Part shown: piece after piece, positions 10,401 to 22,800 of the stretch
Layout: each line of letters starts with the position of its first letter
How positions within the stretch are numbered: the stretch's first letter is position 1
Origin: Auanema rhodensis
Taxonomy: Eukaryota; Animalia; Nematoda
NCBI GenBank assembly: GCA_964057225.1
Contig: OZ059900.1
Span: forward strand, 25,172,001-25,236,000
Length of the DNA: 64,000 bases
Direction of reading: 5' to 3'
Position numbers and translations under genes: made by a program
Notes under the pieces: generated by a model
Seen by the model: only the letters and a program-made list of their open reading frames with translations
Databases searched by the model: none
What the model was told of the DNA's origin: nothing

Positions 10401-13400
10401 ATAATAAAATATTTCTCATGGGAAATACTGTGTTTTTGTATTTTTCTAGTGTTCAGCATGTAAAATGCTTCATTTTAGTATGTAACACGCTGAAATTCGT
10501 TGCATTTGACGACTCATATGAACAAAAATCGATTTAATCAATATTAGCCATAAGGGGCGTGCCCTCAGAATATGCTAATTTCCTTAATTTTCTAACCCCT
10601 GTTTTTTTGTCGTGAAAGTGGAACTAGACGTTGTACGAACAATTTTGAGCTAGGTTTCATTGACATTGCATGAGTTTGAACACATGAAATCGTAAGTCAA
10701 AACCTTGTTTACAGCGAAATTTCCAAAAACTGGTTTTCCAGCATAATAAAATATTTCTCATGGGAAATACTGTGTTTTTGTATTTTTCTAGTGTTCAGCA
10801 TGTAAAATGCTTCATTTTAGTATGTAACACGCTGAAATTCGTTGCATTTGACGACTCATATGAACAAAAATCGATTTAATCAATATTAGCCATAAGGGGC
10901 GTGCCCTCAGAATATGCTAATTTCCTTAATTTTCTAACCCCTGTTTTTTTGTCGTGAAAGTGGAACTAGACAATGTACGAACAATTTTGAGCTAGGTTTC
11001 ATTGACATTGCATGAGTTTGAACACATGAAATCGTAAGTCAAAACCTTGTTTACAGCGAAATTTCCAAAAACTGGTTTTCCAGCATAATAAAATATTTCT
11101 CATGGGAAATACTGTGTTTTTGTATTTTTCTAGTGTTCAGCATGTAAAATGCTTCATTTTAGTATGTAACACGCTGAAATTCGTTGCATTTGACGACTCA
11201 TATGAACAAAAATCGATTTAATCAATATTAGCCATAAGGGGCGTGCCCTCAGAATATGCTAATTTCCTTAATTTTCTAACCCCTGTTTTTTTGTCGTGAA
11301 AGTGGAACTAGACGTTGTACGAACAATTTTGAGCTAGGTTTCATTGACATTGCATGAGTTTGAACACATGAAATCGTAAGTCAAAACCTTGTTTACAGCG
11401 AAATTTCCAAAAACTGGTTTTCCAGCATAATAAAATATTTCTCATGGGAAAAACTGTGTTTTTGTATTTTTCTAGTGTTCAGCATGTAAAATGCTTCATT
11501 TTAGTATGTAACACGCTGAAATTTGTTGCATTTGACGACTCATATGAACAAAAATCGATTTAATCAATATTAGCCATAAGGGGCGTGCCCTCAGAATATG
11601 CTAATTTCCTTAATTTTCTAACCCCTGTTTTTTTGTCGTGAAAGTGGAACTAGACGTTGTACGAACAATTTTGAGCTAGGTTTCATTGACATTGCATGAG
11701 TTTGAACACATGAAATCGTAAGTCAAAACCTTGTTTACAGCGAAATTTCCAAAAACTGGTTTTCCAGCATAATAAAATATTTCTCATGGGAAATACTGTG
11801 TTTTTGTATTTTTCTAGTGTTCAGCATGTAAAATGCTTCATTTTAGTATGTAACACGCTGAAATTCGTTGCATTTGACGACTCATATGAACAAAAATCGA
11901 TTTAATCAATATTAGCCATAAGGGGCGTGCCCTCAGAATATGCTAATTTCCTTAATTTTCTAACCCCTGTTTTTTTGTCGTGAAAGTGGAACTAGACGTT
12001 GTACGAACAATTTTGAGCTAGGTTTCATTGACATTGCATGAGTTTGAACACATGAAATCGTAAGTCAAAACCTTGTTTACAGCGAAATTTCCAAAAACTG
12101 GTTTTCCAGCATAATAAAATATTTCTCATGGGAAATACTGTGTTTTTGTATTTTTCTAGTGTTCAGCAGGTAAAATGCTTCATTTTAGTATGTAACACGC
12201 TGAAATTCGTTGCATTTGACGACTCATATGAACAAAAATCGATTTAATCAATATTAGCCATAAGGGGCGTGCCCTCAGAATATGCTAATTTCCTTAATTT
12301 TCTAACCCCTGTTTTTTTGTCGTGAAAGTGGAACTAGACGTTGTACGAACAATTTTGAGCTAGGTTTCATTGACATTGCATGAGTTTGAACACATGAAAT
12401 CGTAAGTCAAAACCTTGTTTACAGCGAAATTTCCAAAAACTGGTTTTCCAGCATAATAAAATATTTCTCATGGGAAAAACTGTGTTTTTGTATTTTTCTA
12501 GTGTTCAGCATGTAAAATGCTTCATTTTAGTATGTAACACGCTGAAATTTGTTGCATTTGACGACTCATATGAACAAAAATCGATTTAATCAATATTAGC
12601 CATAAGGGGCGTGCCCTCAGAATATGCTAATTTCCTTAATTTTCTAACCCCTGTTTTTTTGTCGTGAAAGTGGAACTAGACGTTGTACGAACAATTTTGA
12701 GCTAGGTTTCATTGACATTGCATGAGTTTGAACACATGAAATCGTAAGTCAAAACCTTGTTTACAGCGAAATTTCCAAAAACTGGTTTTCCAGCATAATA
12801 AAATATTTCTCATGGGAAATACTGTGTTTTTGTATTTTTCTAGTGTTCAGCAGGTAAAATGCTTCATTTTAGTATGTAACACGCTGAAATTCGTTGCATT
12901 TGACGACTCATATGAACAAAAATCGATTTAATCAATATTAGCCATAAGGGGCGTGCCCTCAGAATATGCTAATTTCCTTAATTTTCTAACCCCTGTTTTT
13001 TTGTCGTGAAAGTGGAACTAGACGTTGTACGAACAATTTTGAGCTAGGTTTCATTGACATTGCATGAGTTTGAACACATGAAATCGTAAGTCAAAACCTT
13101 GTTTACAGCGAAATTTCCAAAAACTGGTTTTCCAGCATAATAAAATATTTCTCATGGGAAAAACTGTGTTTTTGTATTTTTCTAGTGTTCAGCATGTAAA
13201 ATGCTTCATTTTAGTATGTAACACGCTGAAATTTGTTGCATTTGACGACTCATATGAACAAAAATCGATTTAATCAATATTAGCCATAAGGGGCGTGCCC
13301 TCAGAATATGCTAATTTCCTTAATTTTCTAACCCCTGTTTTTTTGTCGTGAAAGTGGAACTAGACGTTGTACGAACAATTCTGAGCTAGGTTTCATTGAC

Positions 13401-16400
13401 ATTGCATGAGTTTGAACACATGAAATCGTAAGTCAAAACCTTGTTTACAGCGAAATTTCCAAAAACTGGTTTTCCAGCATAATAAAATATTTCTCATGGG
13501 AAATACTGTGTTTTTGTATTTTTTTAGTGTTCAGCATGTAAAATGCGTCATTTTAGTATGTAAAACGCTGAAATTCGTTGCATTTGACGACTCATATGAA
13601 CAAAAATCGATTTTATCAATATTAGCCATAAGGGGTGTGCCCTCAGAATATGCTGATTTCCTTAATTTTCTAACCCCTGTTTTTTTGTCGTGAAAGTGGA
13701 ACTAGACGTTGTACGAACAATTTTGAGCTAGGTTTCATTGACATTGCATGAGTTTGAACACATGAAATCGTAAGTCAAAACCTTGTTTACAGCGAAATTT
13801 CCAAAAACTGGTTTTCCAGCATAATAAAATATTTCTCATGGGAAATACTGTGTTTTTGTATTTTTTTAGTGTTCAGCATGTAAAATGCGTCATTTTAGTA
13901 TGTAAAACGCTGAAATTCGTTGCATTTGACGACTCATATGAACAAAAATTGATTTTATCAATATTAGCCATAAGGGGTGTGCCCTCAGAATATGCTGATT
14001 TCCTTAATTTTCTAACCCCTGTTTTTTTGTCGTGAAAGTGGAACTAGACGTTGTACGAACAATTGTGAGCTAGGTTTCATTGACATTGCATGAGTTTGAA
14101 CACATGAAATCGTAAGTCAAAACCTTGTTTACAGCGAAATTTCCAAAAACTGGTTTTCCAGCATAATACAATATTTCTCATGGGAAAAACTGTGTTTTTG
14201 TATTTTTCTAGTGTTCAGAATGTAGAATGCTTCATTTTAGTATGTAACACGCTGAAATTCGTTGCATTTGACGACTCATATGAACAAAAATCGATTTAAT
14301 CAATATTAGCCATAAGGGGCGTGCCCTCAGAATATGCTAATTTCCTTAATTTTCTAACCCCTGTTTTTTTGTCGTGAAAGTGGAACTAGACGTTGTACGA
14401 ACAATTTTGAGCTAGGTTTCATTGACATTGCATGAGTTTGAACACATGAAATCGTAAGTCAAAACCTTGTTTACAGCGAAATTTCCAAAAACTGGTTTTC
14501 CAGCATAATAAAATATTTCTCATGGGAAATACTGTGTTTTTGTATTTTTCTAGTGTTCAGCATGTAAAATGCTTCATTTTAGTATGTAACACGCTGAAAT
14601 TCGTTGCATTTGACGACTCATATGAACAAAAATCGATTTAATCAATATTAGCCATAAGGGGCGTGCCCTCAGAATATGCTAATTTCCTTAATTTTCTAAC
14701 CCCTGTTTTTTTGTCGTGAAAGTGGAACTAGACGTTGTACGAACAATTTTGAGCTAGGTTTCATTGACATTGCATGAGTTTGAACACATGAAATCGTAAG
14801 TCAAAACCTTGTTTACAGCGAAATTTCCAAAAACTGGTTTTCCAGCATAATAAAATATTTCTCATGGGAAATACTGTGTTTTTGTATTTTTTTAGTGTTC
14901 AGCATGTAAAATGCGTCATTTTAGTATGTAACACGCTGAAATTCGTTGCATTTGACGACTCATATGAACAAAAATCGATTTAATCAATATTAGCCATAAG
15001 GGGCGTGCCCTCAGAATATGCTAATTTCCTTAATTTTCTAACCCCTGTTTTTTTGTCGTGAAAGTGGAACTAGACGTTGTACGAACAATTTTGAGCTAGG
15101 TTTCATTGACATTGCATGAGTTTGAACACATGAAATCGTAAGTCAAAACCTTGTTTACAGCGAAATTTCCAAAAACTGGTTTTCCAGCATAATAAAATAT
15201 TTCTCATGGGAAAAACTGTGTTTTTGTATTTTTCTAGTGTTCAGCATGTAAAATGCTTCATTTTAGTATGTAACACGCTGAAATTTGTTGCATTTGACGA
15301 CTCATATGAACAAAAATCGATTTAATCAATATTAGCCATAAGGGGCGTGCCCTCAGAATATGCTAATTTCCTTAATTTTCTAACCCCTGTTTTTTTGTCG
15401 TGAAAGTGGAACTAGACGTTGTACGAACAATTTTGAGCTAGGTTTCATTGACATTGCATGAGTTTGAACACATGAAATCGTAAGTCAAAACCTTGTTTAC
15501 AGCGAAATTTCCAAAAACTGGTTTTCCAGCATAATAAAATATTTCTCATGGGAAATACTGTGTTTTTGTATTTTTCTAGTGTTCAGCATGTAAAATGCTT
15601 CATTTTAGTATGTAACACGCTGAAATTCGTTGCATTTGACGACTCATATGAACAAAAATCGATTTAATCAATATTAGCCATAAGGGGCGTGCCCTCAGAA
15701 TATGCTAATTTCCTTAATTTTCTAACCCCTGTTTTTTTGTCGTGAAAGTGGAACTAGACGTTGTACGAACAATTTTGAGCTAGGTTTCATTGACATTGCA
15801 TGAGTTTGAACACATGAAATCGTAAGTCAAAACCTTGTTTACAGCGAAATTTCCAAAAACTGGTTTTCCAGCATAATAAAATATTTCTCATGGGAAATAC
15901 TGTGTTTTTGTATTTTTCTAGTGTTCAGCAGGTAAAATGCTTCATTTTAGTATGTAACACGCTGAAATTCGTTGCATTTGACGACTCATATGAACAAAAA
16001 TCGATTTAATCAATATTAGCCATAAGGGGCGTGCCCTCAGAATATGCTAATTTCCTTAATTTTCTAACCCCTGTTTTTTTGTCGTGAAAGTGGAACTAGA
16101 CGTTGTACGAACAATTTTGAGCTAGGTTTCATTGACATTGCATGAGTTTGAACACATGAAATCGTAAGTCAAAACCTTGTTTACAGCGAAATTTCCAAAA
16201 ACTGGTTTTCCAGCATAATAAAATATTTCTCATGGGAAAAACTGTGTTTTTGTATTTTTCTAGTGTTCAGCATGTAAAATGCTTCATTTTAGTATGTAAC
16301 ACGCTGAAATTTGTTGCATTTGACGACTCATATGAACAAAAATCGATTTAATCAATATTAGCCATAAGGGGCGTGCCCTCAGAATATGCTAATTTCCTTA

Positions 16401-17100
16401 ATTTTCTAACCCCTGTTTTTTTGTCGTGAAAGTGGAACTAGACGTTGTACGAACAATTTTGAGCTAGGTTTCATTGACATTGCATGAGTTTGAACACATG
16501 AAATCGTAAGTCAAAACCTTGTTTACAGCGAAATTTCCAAAAACTGGTTTTCCAGCATAATAAAATATTTCTCATGGGAAATACTGTGTTTTTGTATTTT
16601 TCTAGTGTTCAGCAGGTAAAATGCTTCATTTTAGTATGTAACACGCTGAAATTCGTTGCATTTGACGACTCATATGAACAAAAATCGATTTAATCAATAT
16701 TAGCCATAAGGGGCGTGCCCTCAGAATATGCTAATTTCCTTAATTTTCTAACCCCTGTTTTTTTGTCGTGAAAGTGGAACTAGACGTTGTACGAACAATT
16801 TTGAGCTAGGTTTCATTGACATTGCATGAGTTTGAACACATGAAATCGTAAGTCAAAACCTTGTTTACAGCGAAATTTCCAAAAACTGGTTTTCCAGCAT
16901 AATAAAATATTTCTCATGGGAAAAACTGTGTTTTTGTATTTTTCTAGTGTTCAGCATGTAAAATGCTTCATTTTAGTATGTAACACGCTGAAATTTGTTG
17001 CATTTGACGACTCATATGAACAAAAATCGATTTAATCAATATTAGCCATAAGGGGCGTGCCCTCAGAATATGCTAATTTCCTTCATTTTCTAACCCCTGT
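4447..17100. repeat. Local 11-mer higher-order repeat (3762 bp) x3; middle copy expanded to 15 monomers
   Basis: Each unit opens with the AATTCTGAG + GGGTGTGCC + GCTGATT monomer (4447, 8209, 13339) and ends with alternating CAGGTA and GGAAAAAC monomers. Spacing is 3762 (11x342) then 5130 (15x342), mirrored by ORFs at 4604/8366/13496. Confidence 0.9.
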
Positions 17101-19836
17101 TTTTTTGTCGTGAAAGTGGAACTAGACGTTGTACGAACAATTTTGAGCTAGGTTTCATTGACATTGCATGAGTTTGAACACATGAAATCGTAAGTCAAAA
17201 CCTTGTTCACAGCGAAATTTCCAAAAACTGGTTTTCCAGCATAATAAAATATTTCTCAAGGGAAAAACTGTGTTTTTATATTTTTCTAGTGTTCAGCATG
17301 TGAAATGCTTTATTTTAGTATGTAACACGCTGAAATTTGTTGCATTTGACGACTCATATGAACAAAAATCGATTTAATCAATATTAGCCATAAGGGGCGT
17401 GCCCTCAGAATATGCTAATTTCCTTAATTTTCTAACCCCTGTTTTTTTGTCGTGAAAGTGGAACTAGACGTTGTACGAACAATTTTGAGCTAGGTTTCAT
17501 TGACATTGCATGAGTTTGAACACATGAAATCGTAAGTCAAAACCTTGTTTACAGCGAAATTTCCAAAAACTGGTTTTCCAGCATAATAAAATATTTCTCA
17601 TGGGAAATACTGTGTTTTTGTATTTTTCTAGTGTTCAGCAGGTAAAATGCTTCATTTTAGTATGTAACACGCTGAAATTCGTTGCATTTGACGACTCATA
17701 TGAACAAAAATCGATTTAATCAATATTAGCCATAAGGGGCGTGCCCTCAGAATATGCTAATTTCCTTAATTTTCTAACCCCTGTTTTTTTGTCGTGAAAG
17801 TGGAACTAGACGTTGTACGAACAATTTTGAGCTAGGTTTCATTGACATTGCATGAGTTTGAACACATGAAATCGTAAGTCAAAACCTTGTTTACAGCGAA
17901 ATTTCCAAAAACTGGTTTTCCAGCATAATAAAATATTTCTCATGGGAAAAACTGTGTTTTTGTATTTTTCTAGTGTTCAGCATGTAAAATGCTTCATTTT
18001 AGTATGTAACACGCTGAAATTTGTTGCATTTGACGACTCATATGAACAAAAATCGATTTAATCAATATTAGCCATAAGGGGCGTGCCCTCAGAATATGCT
18101 AATTTCCTTAATTTTCTAACCCCTGTTTTTTTGTCGTGAAAGTGGAACTAGACGTTGTACGAACAATTTTGAGCTAGGTTTCATTGACATTGCATGAGTT
18201 TGAACACATGAAATCGTAAGTCAAAACCTTGTTCACAGCGAAATTTCCAAAAACTGGTTTTCCAGCATAATAAAATATTTCTCAAGGGAAAAACTGTGTT
18301 TTTATATTTTTCTAGTGTTCAGCATGTGAAATGCTTTATTTTAGTATGTAACACGCTGAAATTTGTTGCATTTGACGACTCATATGAACAAAAATCGATT
18401 TAATCAATATTAGCCATAAGGGGCGTGCCCTCAGAATATGCTAATTTTCTTAATTTTCTAACCCCTGTTTTTTTGTCGTGAAAGTGGAACTAGACGTTGT
18501 ACGAACAATTTTGAGCTAGGTTTCATTGACATTGCATGAGTTTGAACACATGAAATCGTAAGTCAAAACCTTGTTTACAGCGAAATTTCCAAAAACTGGT
18601 TTTCCAGCATAATAAAATATTTCTCATGGGAAATACTGTGTTTTTGTATTTTTCTAGTGTTCAACATGTAAAATGCTTCATTTTAGTATGTAACACGCTG
18701 AAATTCGTTGCATTTGACGACTCATATGAACAAAAATCGATTTAATCAATATTAGCCATAAGGGGCGTGCCCTCAGAATATGCTAATTTCCTTAATTTTC
18801 TAACCCCTGTTTTTTTGTCGTGAAAGTGGAACTAGACGTTGTACGAACAATTTTGAGCTAGGTTTCATTGACATTGCATGAGTTTGAACACATGAAATCG
18901 TAAGTCAAAACCTTGTTTACAGCGAAATTTCCAAAAACTGGTTTTCCAGCATAATAAAATATTTCTCATGGGAAAAACTGTGTTTTTGTATTTTTCTAGT
19001 GTTCAGCATGTAAAATGCTTCATTTTAGTATGTAACACGCTGAAATTTGTTGCATTTGACGACTCATATGAACAAAAATCGATTTAATCAATATTAGCCA
19101 TAAGGGGCGTGCCCTCAGAATATGCTAATTTCCTTAATTTTCTAACCCCTGTTTTTTTGTCGTGAAAGTGGAACTAGACGTTGTACGAACAATTTTGAGC
19201 TAGGTTTCATTGACATTGCATGAGTTTGAACACATGAAATCGTAAGTCAAAACCTTGTTCACAGCGAAATTTCCAAAAACTGGTTTTCCAGCATAATAAA
19301 ATATTTCTCAAGGGAAAAACTGTGTTTTTATATTTTTTTAGTGTTCAGCATGTGAAATGCTTTATTTTAGTATGTAACACGCTGAAATTTGTTGCATTTG
19401 ACGACTCATATGAACAAAAATCGATTTAATCAATATTAGCCATAAGGGGCGTGCCCTCAGAATATGCTAATTTCCTTAATTTTCTAACCCCTGTTTTTTT
19501 GTCGTGAAAGTGGAACTAGACGTTGTACGAACAATTTTGAGCTAGGTTTCATTGACATTGCATGAGTTTGAACACATGAAATCGTAAGTCAAAACCTTGT
19601 TTACAGCGAAATTTCCAAAAACTGGTTTTCCAGCATAATAAAATATTTCTCATGGGAAATACTGTGTTTTTGTATTTTTCTAGTGTTCAGCAGGTAAAAT
19701 GCTTCATTTTAGTATGTAACACGCTGAAATTCGTTGCATTTGACGACTCATATGAACAAAAATCGATTTAATCAATATTAGCCATAAGGGGCGTGCCCTC
19801 AGAATATGCTAATTTCCTTAATTTTCTAACCCCTGT
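16759..19836. repeat. Local 3-mer higher-order repeat (1026 bp) x3
   Basis: The GTTCAC/CTCAAGG/GCTTTAT monomer occurs at 17101, 18127 and 19153. Each is preceded by a GGAAAAAC monomer and followed by a CAGGTA or CAACATG monomer. Confidence 0.85.
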
Positions 19837-22800
19837 TTTTTTGTCGTGAAAGTGGAACTAGACGTTGTACGAACAATTTTGAGCTAGGTTTCATTGACAT
19901 TGCATGAGTTTGAACACATGAAATCGTAAGTCAAAACCTTGTTTACAGCGAAATTTCCAAAAACTGGTTTTCCAGCATAATAAAATATTTCTCATGGGAA
20001 ATACTGTGTTTTTGTATTTTTCTAGTGTTCAACATGTAAAATGCTTCATTTTAGTATGTAACACGCTGAAATTCGTTGCATTTGACGACTCATATGAACA
20101 AAAATCGATTTAATCAATATTAGCCATAAGGGGCGTGCCCTCAGAATATGCTAATTTCCTTAATTTTCTAACCCCTGTTTTTTTGTCGTGAAAGTGGAAC
20201 TAGACGTTGTACGAACAATTTTGAGCTAGGTTTCATTGACATTGCATGAGTTTGAACACATGAAATCGTAAGTCAAAACCTTGTTTACAGCGAAATTTCC
20301 AAAAACTGGTTTTCCAGCATAATAAAATATTTCTCATGGGAAAAACTGTGTTTTTGTATTTTTCTAGTGTTCAGCATGTAAAATGCTTCATTTTAGTATG
20401 TAAAACGCTGAAATTCGTTGCATTTGACGACTCATATGAACAAAAATCGATTTAATCAATATTAGCCATAAGGGGCGTGCCCTCAGAATATGCTAATTTC
20501 CTTAATTTTCTAACCCCTGTTTTTTTGTCGTGAAAGTGGAACTAGACGTTGTACGAACAATTTTGAGCTAGGTTTCATTGACATTGCATGAGTTTGAACA
20601 CATGAAATCGTAAGTCAAAACCTTGTTTACAGCGAAATTTCCAAAAACTGGTTTTCCAGCATAATAAAATATTTCTCATGGGAAATACTGTGTTTTTGTA
20701 TTTTTTTAGTGTTCAGCATGTAAAATGCGTCATTTTAGTATGTAAAACGCTGAAATTCGTTGCATTTGACGACTCATATGAACAAAAAGCGATTTAATCA
20801 ATATTAGCCATAAGGGGCGTGCCCTCAGAATATGCTAATTTCCTTAATTTTCTAACCCCTGTTTTTTTGTCGTGAAAGTGGAACTAGACGTTGTACGAAC
20901 AATTTTGAGCTAGGTTTCATTGACATTGCATGAGTTTGAACACATGCAATCGTAAGTCAAAACCTTGTTTACAGCGAAATTTCCAAAAACTGGTTTTCCA
21001 GCATAATAAAATATTTCTCATGGGAAATACTGTGTTTTTGTATTTTTCTAGTGTTCAGCATGTAAAATGCTTCATTTTAGTATGTAACACGCTGAAATTT
21101 GTTGCATTTGACGACTCATATGAACAAAAATCGATTTAATCAATATTAGCCATAAGGGGCGTGCCCTCAGAATATGCTAATTTCCTTAATTTTCTAACCC
21201 CTGTTTTTTTGTCGTGAAAGTGGAACTAGACGTTGTACGAACAATTTTGAGCTAGGTTTCATTGACATTGCATGAGTTTGAACAAATGAAATCGTAAGTC
21301 AAAACCTTGTTTACATCGAAATTTCCAAAAACTGGTTTTCCAGCATAATAAAATATTTCTCATGGGAAATACTGTGTTTTTGTATTTTTTTAGTGTTCAG
21401 CATGTAAAATGCGTCATTTTAGTATGTAAAACGCTGAAATTCGTTGCATTTGACGACTCATATGAACAAAAATCGATTTAATCAATATTAGCCATAAGGG
21501 GCGTGCCCTCAGAATATGCTAATTTCCTTAATTTTCTAACCCCTGTTTTTTTGTCGTGAAAGTGGAACTAGACGTTGTACGAACAATTTTGAGCTAGGTT
21601 TCATTGACATTGCATGAGTTTGAACACATGCAATCGTAAGTCAAAACCTTGTTTACAGCGAAATTTCCAAAAACTGGTTTTCCAGCATAATAAAATATTT
21701 CTCATGGGAAATACTGTGTTTTTGTATTTTTCTAGTGTTCAGCATGTAAAATGCTTCATTTTAGTATGTAACACGCTGAAATTTGTTGCATTTGACGACT
21801 CATATGAACAAAAATCGATTTAATCAATATTAGCCATAAGGGGCGTGCCCTCAGAATATGCTAATTTCCTTAATTTTCTAACCCCTGTTTTTTTGTCGTG
21901 AAAGTGGAACTAGACGTTGTACGAACAATTTTGAGCTAGGTTTCATTGACATTGCATGAGTTTGAACACATGAAATCGTAAGTCAAAACCTTGTTTACAG
22001 CGAAATTTCCAAAAACTGGTTTTCCAGCATAATAAAATATTTCTCATGGGAAAAACTGTGTTTTTGTATTTTTCTAGTGTTCAGCATGTAAAATGCTTCA
22101 TTTTAGTATGTAACACGCTGAAATTCGTTGCATTTGACGACTCATATGAACAAAAATCGATTTAATCAATATTAGCCATAAGGGGCGTGCCCTCAGAATA
22201 TGCTAATTTCCTTAATTTTCTAACCCCTGTTTTTTTGTCGTGAAAGTGGAACTAGACGATGTACGAACAATTTTGAGCTAGGTTTCATTGACATTGCATA
22301 AGTTTGAACACATGCAATCGTAAGTCAAAACCTTGTTTACAGCGAAATTTCCAAAAACTGGTTTTCCAGCATAATACAATATTTCTCATGGGAAATACTG
22401 TGTTTTTGTATTTTTCTAGTGTTCAGAATGTAGAATGCTTCATTTTAGTATGTAACACGCTGAAATTCGTTGCATTTGACGACTCATATGAACAAAAATC
22501 GATTTTATCAATATTAGCCATAAGGGGCGTGCCCTCAGAATATGCTAATTTCCTTAATTTTCTAACCCCTGTTTTTTTGTCGTGAAAGTGGAACTAGACG
22601 TTGTACGAACAATTTTGAGCTAGGTTTCATTGACATTGCATAAGTTTGAACACATGCAATCGTAAGTCAAAACCTTGTTTACAGCGAAATTTCCAAAAAC
22701 TGGTTTTCCAGCATAATAAAATATTTCTCATGGGAAATACTGTGTTTTTGTATTTTTCTAGTGTTCAGCATGTAAAATGCTTCATTTTAGTATGTAACAC

